From: Micromonosporaceae bacterium
GTDB taxonomy: Bacteria; Actinomycetota; Actinomycetes; Mycobacteriales; Micromonosporaceae
Direction of reading: 5' to 3'
Assembly: GCA_036384155.1 (NCBI GenBank)
Contig: DASVMV010000331.1
Coordinates: 1-52,334 of the forward strand
Length of the DNA stretch: 52,334 bases
Part shown: piece by piece, positions 1 through 8,227 of the stretch
How the letters are laid out: each line of letters opens with the position of its first letter
How positions within the stretch are numbered: the first letter of the stretch is position 1
Translations under genes and position numbers: made by a program
Notes under the pieces: generated by a model
What the model was told of the DNA's origin: nothing
What the model saw: the letters and a program-made list of their open reading frames with translations, nothing else
The model's database searches: none

Positions 1-1
1 C

Positions 2-166
2 GTCGACCAGGTGGCCCGGCGCAGCGGGTTCGGCACCGCGGCCGCGCTACGCCAGCAGTTGCAGGCGCGGATCGGCGTCTCACCGATCGCCTACCGGCGC
101 ACCTTCCGCCGCCCCATCCGGCACGACGACTCGGTGGCCGCGGGGACCGGCCAAGTCGCGATCTGA
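2..166 (+). CDS. AraC-family transcriptional regulator, C-terminal HTH fragment (5' end lies outside the window)
   Basis: Frame 2 reads VDQVARRSGFGTAAALRQQLQARIGVSPIAYRRTFRRP..., the second helix-turn-helix of AraC/GlxA-type regulators. TGA at 164-166. Confidence 0.6.
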   Translation, partial: VDQVARRSGFGTAAALRQQLQARIGVSPIAYRRTFRRPIRHDDSVAAGTGQVAI

Positions 167-256
167 ATGGCGCAGTCGCATCGGTGACTCGACTTTCGCG
201 ATTGTGTCCGAACAGACGTTCGGTTGTGATCGGCTCTGGGTGCGCCGCTCGCCCGC

Positions 257-1066
257 TTGATCGTTTCGCCGCGGGCTTGTCGGGTCTCGGTTGGTCGAGT
301 CGCACTGCGAGCAGTTACCACGTGGGTGGAACTGGTAGACCTCGATAGGGTCGATGGCGTGGGTCCAGCTCGGTACGACGCGGTCGCGGACTTCTATGAT
401 GCGGGATTCTCTGACCCCGCCGATCCGGCGGTTGCCGCCTTGCTGGAGCTGCTCGGCCCACCGGCTGGCCTGAACGTCCTCGACATTGCCTGCGGCCACG
501 GGCGCGTCAGCCGGGAACTGGCTCGCCGCGGCGCCACGGTTACCGGCGTTGACCTGTCCCGGGCCTTGCTAGACAAGGCCGAAGCGATCGAGGCCGCCGA
601 CCCGCTGGAAGTCCGATACCTGCACGCGGACGTGGCTGATGTCCCCGCGGTGCCTGACGCGGCAGTCGATGTGGTGGTGTGTAATCACGGCTTGGCCGAC
701 ATCGACGACCTCGACGGCGCCCTTGCCACTGTGCACCGTGTGCTGCGCTCGGGCGGCTCGTTTGTCTTCTCGATTCTTCACCCCTGCTTCCCTGGTGCAG
801 GGCCGGTATCGGGTGCGTGGCCGAGTGGTGGCCGATACCACGATGAGGGCTTCTGGATCGCCGATGGGGCAGCCTCCACGCTGCGCCGCCAGGTCGGTGC
901 CAACCATCGCATGCTGTCCAGCTACGTCAACAGCCTGGCGCGGCACGGGCTGCCGGTGACCCGGATGAGCGAACCAGTGCCGCCAGTCGAATGGAATGGG
1001 ACTGACCGACACGAGGCCGCTCGGTTCCCGGTTTTCCTCGTGGTCCGGTGCACCAAAGCCACATAG
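257..1066 (+). CDS. Class I SAM-dependent methyltransferase
   Basis: Motif I VLDIACGHGRVSRELARRGATVTGVDLS and the post-I/II pattern VVVCNHGLADIDD...LRSGGSFVFS. The true start is probably an internal GTG (326 or 359), because the first ~25 codons look non-coding. Confidence 0.8.
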   Translation: MIVSPRACRVSVGRVALRAVTTWVELVDLDRVDGVGPARYDAVADFYDAGFSDPADPAVAALLELLGPPAGLNVLDIACGHGRVSRELARRGATVTGVDLSRALLDKAEAIEAADPLEVRYLHADVADVPAVPDAAVDVVVCNHGLADIDDLDGALATVHRVLRSGGSFVFSILHPCFPGAGPVSGAWPSGGRYHDEGFWIADGAASTLRRQVGANHRMLSSYVNSLARHGLPVTRMSEPVPPVEWNGTDRHEAARFPVFLVVRCTKAT

Positions 1067-1085
1067 CTCTGACGCTGTGTCGCAA

Positions 1086-1548
1086 CGCGCCCGCCCGGTG
1101 CGAGTGCTGGTCATCGCCGAACCCGGTAAGCCCAGCCTCGCCCTGGTCACCACCGACCTGGCCACCCCGGCCGCGACGATCGTGGAACGCTACGCCGCCC
1201 GCTGGGCCATCGAGGTCGCCTTCGAAGACGCCAAACAGATCACCGGCGTCGGCGAGGCCCGCAACCGCAGCCGCAGGGCCGTCGAACGGACCGTGCCGTT
1301 CGGGCTTTACACCCAAAGCATCGTGGTCGTCTGGTACCACCTCACCGGCCACCACCCGAACGTCGTCCGCGACCGCCGTAACCGTGCGCCCTGGTTACAC
1401 CACCAAGAGACACCCGTCCTACCTCGACATGATCGTCAAGCTACGGAGGGTCCTGATCGCCGCCCAATATCAAGCCGAAGTACCTGGCCAGCCGACCGCC
1501 GACGACATCCGGGCCGTCCAACTGGCCTGGGCGCAGGCAGCCGCGTAA
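1086..1548 (+). pseudogene. DDE transposase remnant (IS701/IS4-like C-terminal part), 5'-truncated and frameshifted
   Basis: Frame 3 reads VLVIAEPGKPSLALVTTDLATPAATIVERYAARWAIEVAFEDAKQITGVGEARNRS...RNRAPW. The reading then continues in frame 1 (YTTKRHPSYLDMIVKLRRVLIAAQ...AAA stop), which implies a 1-nt insertion near 1393-1396 (tggTtac). No N-terminal half is present. A lower-GC tail follows at 1549-1611. Confidence 0.65.
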
Positions 1549-1611
1549 CCGCGAAACCCGACTCGGTGATCATAGCGCCATTTTGTCGTACGGCTGTTCT
1601 AATCTGCGGGT

Positions 1612-2859
1612 ATGCGGGCGGATCTGGCGCGGGTGCATGAGGCGGTCGACGCCTGCGTTGCCGTGCCGGCGTGGAGCCTGCGCGGGCAGGATCTGGTCGA
1701 CGCGCTGGACGCCGCGGTCGCGGTGCAGCAGAAGGTGGCCGCACTGGTGCTGGGCCTCGTGCGTGAGGTCGACGGCTCCGGCCTGGCCCGGGAGCAGGGG
1801 GCGACGGGCACGGCGGCGTGGCTGCGCAACCGTCTGCGCCTCTCACCCGGCGCAGCCCGGCTGCTGGTGGGCGACGCGCACCGGTTGGACGCTGGGCCGG
1901 AAGCGGTGCGGGAGGCGGTCGCCGCCGGCGCGGTGAGCGTGGAGCAGGCCCGGGTCATCGCTACGGCGGTGGAGACGGTGCACCGGGAGGCGGGTGCGGC
2001 GGCGGCGGACAAGGCGGTCGGGCTGCTGCTGGACTGGGCCGGCGAGTTCGATCCGGACGGCCTGCGCAGGCTGAGCCATCGAATCCTGGACCACGTGGCA
2101 CCGCAGATCGCCGACGACGCTCAGCGGCGCGCGCTGGAGGCGGCGGAGAAACGCGACCACCGGGACCGTTACCTCAACCTCTCCACACAGGACGGACGGG
2201 TACGACTGACCGGTCTCCTCGACGTCGAAACCAGCGCTCTCCTGCGCACCGTGCTCGACCCACTCACCAGGCCGCACGGGCAGGACGACGACCGCACACC
2301 CGGTCAGCGCCGGCACGACGCCTTGGCCGACGTCTGCCGCCTCGCGTTGCGCACCGGCGACCTGCCGGACAATGGCAGCGAGGCCACCCAGGTGGTGGTC
2401 ACGACCAGCTTCGACGCACTGGTGGGGCAGCTCGACGCCGGCATCCTTGACGCCGGTCAGGCGCTGTCCGCCGAGACCGTACGCCGGCTCGCGTGCGACG
2501 CGCAGATCCTGCCCGCCGTGCTCGGCGGCACCGGCCAGGTGCTGGACGTCGGCCGGCAGCGACGGCTGTTCACCGGACCGATTCGGCGCGCCCTCGTCCT
2601 CCGGGACGGAGGCTGCGCCTTCCCCGGCTGTGACCGGCCGCCAAGGTGGTGCGCGGGACATCATGTGACTCACTGGTCAGCCGGCGGCAGGACCGCCGTC
2701 GAGAACGGTGTGCTCTTGTGCGCGCGCCACCACCGGGTCGTCCACCACGACGGCTGGCAGGTCCGTATCGCCGCTGACGGGCACCCCGAGTTCGTGCCAC
2801 CGGCGTGGATAGACCCGCGACAACAGGCCCGCCGCAGCACCTACCACCGACGATGCTGA
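1612..2859 (+). CDS. DUF222-type HNH endonuclease family protein
   Basis: 415-aa ORF with an ATG start. The C-terminal HNH motif is RDGGCAFPGCDRPPRWCAGHHVTHWSAGGRTAVENGVLLCARHHRVVHH. The N-terminal Ala/Leu-rich region is typical of actinobacterial DUF222 (13E12-repeat-like) proteins. Confidence 0.85.
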   Translation: MRADLARVHEAVDACVAVPAWSLRGQDLVDALDAAVAVQQKVAALVLGLVREVDGSGLAREQGATGTAAWLRNRLRLSPGAARLLVGDAHRLDAGPEAVREAVAAGAVSVEQARVIATAVETVHREAGAAAADKAVGLLLDWAGEFDPDGLRRLSHRILDHVAPQIADDAQRRALEAAEKRDHRDRYLNLSTQDGRVRLTGLLDVETSALLRTVLDPLTRPHGQDDDRTPGQRRHDALADVCRLALRTGDLPDNGSEATQVVVTTSFDALVGQLDAGILDAGQALSAETVRRLACDAQILPAVLGGTGQVLDVGRQRRLFTGPIRRALVLRDGGCAFPGCDRPPRWCAGHHVTHWSAGGRTAVENGVLLCARHHRVVHHDGWQVRIAADGHPEFVPPAWIDPRQQARRSTYHRRC

Positions 2860-2918
2860 TCCCGACCAGGGCCTTCCGGCCGGACCGAAGATTACTCGAC
2901 GCAGACCATCGGCATGGA

Positions 2919-3401
2919 TCAGCCGGAGGGCGCGGCGCCGGCGGGTCGCAGGGCGCGTAGCTGCGCGGTGTGCCGGGGTAGGTGCACCCGGCCGTGGATG
3001 TCGATGGTCCGGCCCCACGGCAGCGGCTCGTTGACGACGATCTCGTCGCCGTCGCGGATGTTCGTGTCGACCGCCGTCGCGCTGCGCCCGCCGAGCCGGC
3101 CGACGACGTCGCACACCCGGGCGCTGCTATCCCGCACCCGCGCCACCAGCTCGGCCATCCCGCCGCACTCGGCAACCAGCGCGTCGAGCTGCGGGCGGTG
3201 GATCGAGTTGTGGTCGTAGCAGACGTACGGCGAGCCGGCGATTACCGCCTCAGTCGTCTCGATCAGCAATTCATCGTTGGCCGCGATGTGTGCCATGACC
3301 TGGTCGGCGGTCCACTCCCCCTCAGGCGGCGGCCCGAACCCGCCCGCCTCGGCCTCGGACAGCAGCACGTCGTACGCCCCGCGGAGCTCAGCCGCATCCA
3401 T
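2919..3401 (-). CDS. Hypothetical protein, possibly DinB/MDMPI-like
   Basis: 160-aa ORF with high GC3. The N-terminal segment ...EWTADQVMAHIAANDELLIETTEAV... resembles DinB-fold proteins. The functional assignment is weak. Confidence 0.45.
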   Translation of the reverse strand: MDAAELRGAYDVLLSEAEAGGFGPPPEGEWTADQVMAHIAANDELLIETTEAVIAGSPYVCYDHNSIHRPQLDALVAECGGMAELVARVRDSSARVCDVVGRLGGRSATAVDTNIRDGDEIVVNEPLPWGRTIDIHGRVHLPRHTAQLRALRPAGAAPSG

Positions 3402-3466
3402 GCCGCGAGTTTACGAGCCGCGATCAGCGAAACGCGGCCCTTCAGCGCCCGAGCCCTCAGCGAAAC

Positions 3467-3514
3467 GCGAGCCTCAGCGAGCGCGAGCCTCAGCGAGCGC
3501 GAGCCTCAGCGAGC
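3467..3514. repeat. Tandem repeat, 3 x 16 bp (gcgagcctcagcgagc), with a degenerate copy just upstream
   Basis: Perfect copies at 3467-3482, 3483-3498 and 3499-3514. The array spans the stop codon (3506-3508) of the VWA gene and lies upstream of the 2919-3401 gene. Confidence 0.9.
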
Positions 3515-5497
3515 GCGGCGGCCGCGGCGGGCGCGCAGGTAGTCCGCCACGACGTACCGGCTCAGGTCTGCGGGGTCGGGGGTGAACACGCGACCGCCGC
3601 AGCGCCGGGCCACCGCGTCAACGAACCGCCGCAGGCCCGGATCCTCGCCGAGCATGAACACGTTGATCGTGGCGCCGTAGCGAGTGAGGTGGTCCACCTC
3701 GACCACGGTGGCCTCGATCGTCTCCCGCAGCGGGGGCCAGTGGAAGAACGGCTGGCCGTCGTCGGGATCAAGGTGAGCGGTCGGCTCCCCGTCGGTCACC
3801 ACCAGCACTACCGGCTCGGCGTCCGAGTGCCGGCGCAGATGCCGCCCGGCCAGCCGCAGCGCGTGCTGCAGGTTGGTGCCCTGCACCAGGTCGGGCTCGA
3901 TGGCCGCCAGTTCGTGCTGCGACAGCGGCATGGCGGTCTGGCCGAAGCCGATAATCTGCAGGGCGTCCTGCGGAAACTGGGTGGCCACCAGGTGCGAGAG
4001 GGCCAGCGCGGTCTGCTTCATGGGGCCCCACCGCCCCTCGGAGATCATCGAGAACGACAGGTCGACACAGAGCGCGATGGCGGCCGACGCCCGCCGCTCG
4101 GTTTCCACCACCTCGAAGTCCTCGACCGCCAGCTCCACCGGAACCCGGGGACCGGTACGCCCTGCCGTTCGCGCCACCGCCCGGGCCACCGTACGGACGA
4201 CGTCGAGCGGCTGCTCGTCGCCGTACTCCCAGGGCCGGGACGCCCCGGTGATCTCACCGGCGGCGCCGGCGGAATGCAGGTCGTGCTGGCCCCGCCGGCC
4301 GCCGGCCAGGTCGCCGAACACCCGGCGCAGCGCCGTACCGGCCAGCCGGCGCAGCGCCTTCGGGCTCAGCGTCAGCCCGTCCGCGCCGCGCGTCACCCAG
4401 CCCTGGCGACGCAACTCGCGCTCCAGTTCCTGCAACCGCCGTACGTCGTCGGCGGCCGCCCGACCGAGCGTCCGCTGCACCGCCTCCACATCGACGTCGT
4501 CGAGCGTCGCCCCGGGATGCTCCTGGCCCAGCTGGTCGAGCAGGTCGTCCAGCTCCGCGATCTCCTCCAGCGCGCCGGCCGCCTCGCCGTAGCCGAGCGG
4601 CTGCTCCCCGCGTACCCGGTCGCGCCGCTGCCAGGGCAGGTCCGGCCGCAGCGCCCGCAGGCTTTCGGTGAGCGCGGCCATTTCGCCGGCGAGGCCCCCG
4701 TTGCCGAGCGCCTGCGCGATCAGCTGGGACAGTTCCTCACGCTGCTGCGGCGACAGCGAGTTCATCAGCCGCTGGCCCGCCGCTGCCCGCCGGGCCAGCG
4801 TGTCGACCAGTTCGTCGACCGAGCCGGGCTTTTCCGGGAAGAACTCGCCATGCCGGCGCATGAACTCGGCGAACTGGTCGGTCGTGTCCTCGCCGCGGGC
4901 GTGCCGGGCCAGCAGGTCGTTGAGGTCGCGCAGCATCTCGGCGATCCGCTGCTGTGCCGCCGGGTCGTTGGCGGCCGCGGTCAATGCTTGTCGCATGCCG
5001 GCGAACCGCTGGTCCAGGACGTCGCGCCGCAGCCCGTCGAGGATCTGCTGGTAGAGCTGCCGCGCCTCGGGGCTGGCCCAGTCGTACTCGGACAGCTCCT
5101 CCACCGCCCGGGCGCTCGACCGGGGCAGGCTGTCGAGCGTCGCCTCCGCGAACCGGGCCGCCTCGTCATCGCGGCCGCGCAGCTCGTCGCGTTCGGCGGC
5201 GAGCGCCTGGTCGAGCAGGGCCTGCGCGCGGGTCACCGCGCCGTCGAGCTCGCCGCGGCGCATCGCCTCCCGGCGCAGCCGCCGGGCCCGCGCGGACAGG
5301 TCGTCCAGGCCGCGCCGGCCGTCCGGGCCGCGGCGCAGCAGGTTCCGCAGCGCCGCGCGCAGGCTCCCCCCGGCCAACACCTCCGCGCCGACCGAGTCGA
5401 CCGCGGCCCGTACGTCGTACGGCGGCGCCAGCGGGTCCGGTCCGTCCCGCCACGCACCGTACCTGAAATGGTTGCCGAACCGGTTGCCGCCGGGCAC
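3506..5497 (-). CDS. VWA domain-containing protein (partner of the upstream AAA+ ATPase)
   Basis: C-terminal MIDAS-type VWA motifs CVDLSFSMISEGRWGPMKQTALAL and VVLVVTDGEPTAH. The GTG start (5495-5497) lies 2 nt after the ATPase stop. A long Arg/Glu/Leu-rich helical middle region is present. Confidence 0.85.
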   Translation of the reverse strand: MPGGNRFGNHFRYGAWRDGPDPLAPPYDVRAAVDSVGAEVLAGGSLRAALRNLLRRGPDGRRGLDDLSARARRLRREAMRRGELDGAVTRAQALLDQALAAERDELRGRDDEAARFAEATLDSLPRSSARAVEELSEYDWASPEARQLYQQILDGLRRDVLDQRFAGMRQALTAAANDPAAQQRIAEMLRDLNDLLARHARGEDTTDQFAEFMRRHGEFFPEKPGSVDELVDTLARRAAAGQRLMNSLSPQQREELSQLIAQALGNGGLAGEMAALTESLRALRPDLPWQRRDRVRGEQPLGYGEAAGALEEIAELDDLLDQLGQEHPGATLDDVDVEAVQRTLGRAAADDVRRLQELERELRRQGWVTRGADGLTLSPKALRRLAGTALRRVFGDLAGGRRGQHDLHSAGAAGEITGASRPWEYGDEQPLDVVRTVARAVARTAGRTGPRVPVELAVEDFEVVETERRASAAIALCVDLSFSMISEGRWGPMKQTALALSHLVATQFPQDALQIIGFGQTAMPLSQHELAAIEPDLVQGTNLQHALRLAGRHLRRHSDAEPVVLVVTDGEPTAHLDPDDGQPFFHWPPLRETIEATVVEVDHLTRYGATINVFMLGEDPGLRRFVDAVARRCGGRVFTPDPADLSRYVVADYLRARRGRRAR

Positions 5498-5499
5498 GG

Positions 5500-7032
5500 T
5501 CAGCGCCCGCCGCCGGGCTCGCGGCCGGCATCGCGGCCGGCATCGCGGCCGGTATCGCGGCCGCCGTACCGGATACGGCCGTCGTCGGTGGTGTCCTTGG
5601 CCAACCGGCGGGTCAGGTGCAGGCCTTCGAGGACGAATTCCACGCCGGCGGCCGCCTCGGCCGGCGTCGGCGCGTCGCCCAGGCCCAGCCGATCGAGGGC
5701 CTTCGCCAGGCCGGGCACCGTGCCCACCTGGCGCAGCAGGTCGGCCGAGCCGACCAGCTCACCGGTCTCGATCACGGCCCCGTCGGCGACCAGCGCAGTG
5801 AAACCGGACAGATCCAGCCCCGCCAGGCGGGCGCGGAAGGCGTCGGCGGTGGCCGTACGCAGCAGGTGGGCGAGGATCTCGATCTCGCGCCCCTCCTCGC
5901 CGCTCTCGAACTCGACCTTGCCGCGCAGCGTGCTGGTAACCGACACCGCGTCGCCGACCCGGGCCACCGGGTCGCGCTCGTCACCGCCCTCGCTTCCGCC
6001 CTGGCCGACCAGCGCGGCCCGGCGGAGCGCCGCGGCGGCCACGGTCTCCGCGGCGGCGATGGCGAAGCGGGCCGAAACACCCGACCGCGCGTCGACCGCC
6101 GGCGACTCGCGCACCGCCCGGGCGAACCGGGCCAGCACCTCGAGCACGTGGTCCGGGACGGTGGCCGCGAGCGCCGCCTCCTGCCGGATCAGATCGAGCT
6201 CCAGGTCGAGGTCGAGCGGATAATGCGTGCGGATCTCGGCACCGAACCGGTCCTTGAGTGGGGTGATGATCCGGCCCCGGTTGGTGTAGTCCTCCGGGTT
6301 TGCGCTGGCCACCAGCAGCAGGTCCAGCGGCAGCCGCAGCTGGTACCCGCGCACCTGGATGTCCCGTTCCTCCAGCACGTTGAGCAACGCCACCTGGATC
6401 CGCTCGGCCAGGTCGGGCAGCTCGTTGACCGCGAAGATCCCCCGGTTGGTCCGCGGCACCAAGCCGAAATGAATGGTCTCCGGATCGCCGAGGGTGCGGC
6501 CCTGGGCCACCCGGATCGGATCGACGTCGCCGATCAGATCGCCAACGCTGGTGTCCGGCGTCGCCAGCTTCTCGCCGTACCGCATCGAGCGGTGCAGCCA
6601 GGCCACCGGCAGGTCGTCGCCGGCCTCGGCGACGGTGCGGCGGGACGCCGGTGTGATCGGGTGCATCGGGTGCTCGTTGAGCTCCGATCCGGCGATCACC
6701 GGTGTCCACTCGTCGAGCAGTTGGCCCAGCGCCCGGATGAGTCGGGTCTTGCCCTGGCCGCGCTCGCCGAGCAGCACCATGTCGTGCCCGGCGAGCAGCG
6801 CCCGCTCGACCTCCGGCAGCACGGTGTCGTCGTAGCCGACGATGCCGGGAAACCGCTCCTCGCCGGAGCGCATCCGCGCCACCAGGTTGTCGCGCAGCTC
6901 CCGCTTGACCGTCCGGTACCTGGCCGCGGGGTAACGGTGCTCGGCGGCGCGCAACTCACCGAGCGTCGTGGGGAGGTCAGCCGGGCGTTCGGGGAAGGTC
7001 TGCGTCACCTGACACACGCTAGCTCGCGGCAC
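5500..7032 (-). CDS. AAA+ ATPase, ChlI/MoxR-like (magnesium-chelatase-type)
   Basis: Walker A is LLGERGQGKTRLIRAL, and FAVNELPDL plus following motifs are typical of ChlI-type AAA+. The C-terminal tail GRDTGRDAGRDAGRE is encoded by 12-bp tandem repeats around 5517-5560. An alternative GTG start exists at 7008. Confidence 0.85.
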   Translation of the reverse strand: MPRASVCQVTQTFPERPADLPTTLGELRAAEHRYPAARYRTVKRELRDNLVARMRSGEERFPGIVGYDDTVLPEVERALLAGHDMVLLGERGQGKTRLIRALGQLLDEWTPVIAGSELNEHPMHPITPASRRTVAEAGDDLPVAWLHRSMRYGEKLATPDTSVGDLIGDVDPIRVAQGRTLGDPETIHFGLVPRTNRGIFAVNELPDLAERIQVALLNVLEERDIQVRGYQLRLPLDLLLVASANPEDYTNRGRIITPLKDRFGAEIRTHYPLDLDLELDLIRQEAALAATVPDHVLEVLARFARAVRESPAVDARSGVSARFAIAAAETVAAAALRRAALVGQGGSEGGDERDPVARVGDAVSVTSTLRGKVEFESGEEGREIEILAHLLRTATADAFRARLAGLDLSGFTALVADGAVIETGELVGSADLLRQVGTVPGLAKALDRLGLGDAPTPAEAAAGVEFVLEGLHLTRRLAKDTTDDGRIRYGGRDTGRDAGRDAGREPGGGR

Positions 7033-7127
7033 CTTCGAGTGCCCGAACCTCGGCGGCAGGAGCAGCTGTTCGCCCGGATCGCCCCGCTGCCCAAACGAGC
7101 TGCCTAAAGGCCTGTCAAGCTAGACGG

Positions 7128-7424
7128 GTGCCGAGACAAGAGCTGCCGGTCCTGAACGATGCGGCATGCTGCACGCCGATGATCACCGAGGAATTGGCCG
7201 AGGAGTCGGCCGCCAGCCTCGCGCGTGACTTCAAGGCCCTCGGAGACCCGGTACGACTGCGGCTGCTCTCGCTGATCGCCGCCCGCGCCGGTGGGGAGGC
7301 CTGCGTCTGCGACTTGGCCGACGCGTTCACCCTGACCGAGCCGACGATCTCCCACCACCTGCGGGTGCTGCGCGAGGCCGGCCTGGTGGCCTGCCAGCGG
7401 CGCGAGGAGCCGGTACATCGATGA
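7128..7424 (+). CDS. ArsR/SmtB-family transcriptional regulator (short C-terminus)
   Basis: LGDPVRLRLLSLIAARAGGEACVCDLADAFTLTEPTISHHLRVLREAGLV is a winged HTH with the Cys-x-Cys metalloid site. The stop overlaps the next start (ATGA at 7421-7424). Confidence 0.8.
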   Translation: MPRQELPVLNDAACCTPMITEELAEESAASLARDFKALGDPVRLRLLSLIAARAGGEACVCDLADAFTLTEPTISHHLRVLREAGLVACQRREEPVHR

Positions 7425-7954
7425 GCAGGTCGAGACGTACGCCGACGCCGCCCGTTGCCAACGGCATCGCCCTCGCGTCCATGACCGACCAGCACGCCGA
7501 GGCGGTACTGGAGATCTACCGCCTGGGCATCGCCACCGGCCAGGCCACCTTCGAGACCGCGCCGCCCAGCTGGGCGCAGTTCGCCGCCAGCCGGCTGCCC
7601 GAGCACCGATTCGTCGCCGTCGACCCAGCGGACCGGGTGATCGGCTGGGTGGCCTGCAGCGCGGTCTCCGACCGGTGCGTATACGCCGGGGTGGTCGAGC
7701 ACTCGGTCTACGTGCACCCGGATGCCCAGGGACACGGCGTCGGCCGGGCCCTCCTCGAGGCCCTGGTCACGTCCACCGAGAACGCCGGGATCTGGACGAT
7801 TCAGTCCGGAGTCTTCCCGGAGAACACAGCCAGTCTCGCGCTGCATGCCGCGTGCGGTTTCCGGATCGTCGGCACGCGGCGGCACATCGGCCGGCATCAC
7901 GGCGTCTGGCGCGACGTCGTGCTCATCGAGCGGCGCAGCCCCACCATCACCTGA
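7421..7954 (+). CDS. GNAT N-acetyltransferase of the phosphinothricin-acetyltransferase (PAT/ArsN1-like) type
   Basis: EIYRLGIATGQATFETAPPSW...GWVACSAVSDRCVYAGVVEHSVYVHPDAQGHGVGRALLEAL...GFRIVGTRRHIGRHHGVWRDVVLIERR matches the PAT family pattern. The gene is translationally coupled to ArsR. Confidence 0.8.
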   Translation: MSRSRRTPTPPVANGIALASMTDQHAEAVLEIYRLGIATGQATFETAPPSWAQFAASRLPEHRFVAVDPADRVIGWVACSAVSDRCVYAGVVEHSVYVHPDAQGHGVGRALLEALVTSTENAGIWTIQSGVFPENTASLALHAACGFRIVGTRRHIGRHHGVWRDVVLIERRSPTIT

Positions 7955-7957
7955 TCC

Positions 7958-8027
7958 GGGAGCCAACACACGGGGGAGCCAACACACGGGGAACCAATAC
8001 ACCGGGAACCAATACACCGGGGAGCCA
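7958..8027. repeat. Tandem repeat, about 4.5 copies of a 14-16 bp unit (gggRagccaaYacac)
   Basis: Units at 7958-7971, 7972-7987, 7988-8003 and 8004-8018, plus a partial copy at 8019-8027. The array starts immediately after the GNAT stop codon. Confidence 0.85.
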
Positions 8028-8056
8028 GCCATGACCGACAGACCCACCGCTACGAA

Positions 8057-8176
8057 GACTGGACGCTCACCGACCCGGCCGGGCAGCCGCTCGAGGTCGT
8101 ACGCACCGTGCGCGACGAAATCCGCCCCCGCGTCGAGAAGCTGCTCGCCGACTGGCCCGACCGAACTCACAGCTGA
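8057..8176 (+). pseudogene. arsC: Remnant of a thiol-coupled (LMW-PTPase-type) arsenate reductase, C-terminal ~40 codons only
   Basis: The frame reads (RY)EDWTLTDPAGQPLEVVRTVRDEIRPRVEKLLADWPDRTHS stop. This matches the C-terminal HW/DW-x-x-x-DPA ... VR-x-x-RDEI-x-x-R pattern of ArsC. No upstream catalytic CX5R part is present. Confidence 0.5.
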
Positions 8177-8227
8177 CGCATAGGAAGGACCAAGCGGCTA
8201 CCGATCCGCGGTGGCAAGCATGGGGCC

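Noticed and set aside
3689-6223. 844-aa plus-strand ORF in the track
   Set aside because: It is antisense to the recognisable VWA and AAA+ genes. Its composition is Arg/Pro/Gly/Ala-rich and low in complexity, typical of shadow ORFs in high-GC DNA, and I recognise no motifs.
7400-7424. A frameshift truncating ArsR, with its C-terminus continuing in another frame
   Set aside because: The alternative frames after 7400 do not give the expected W-x-YY wing sequence. The short C-terminus may be genuine or the result of an older rearrangement, so I did not call a pseudogene.
7958-8027. Whether the tandem arrays (also 3467, 13207, 23866, 26806) could be small CRISPR arrays
   Set aside because: The units are only 14-19 bp and directly abutting with no unique spacers, and there are no cas genes in the window. 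They are plain tandem repeats.
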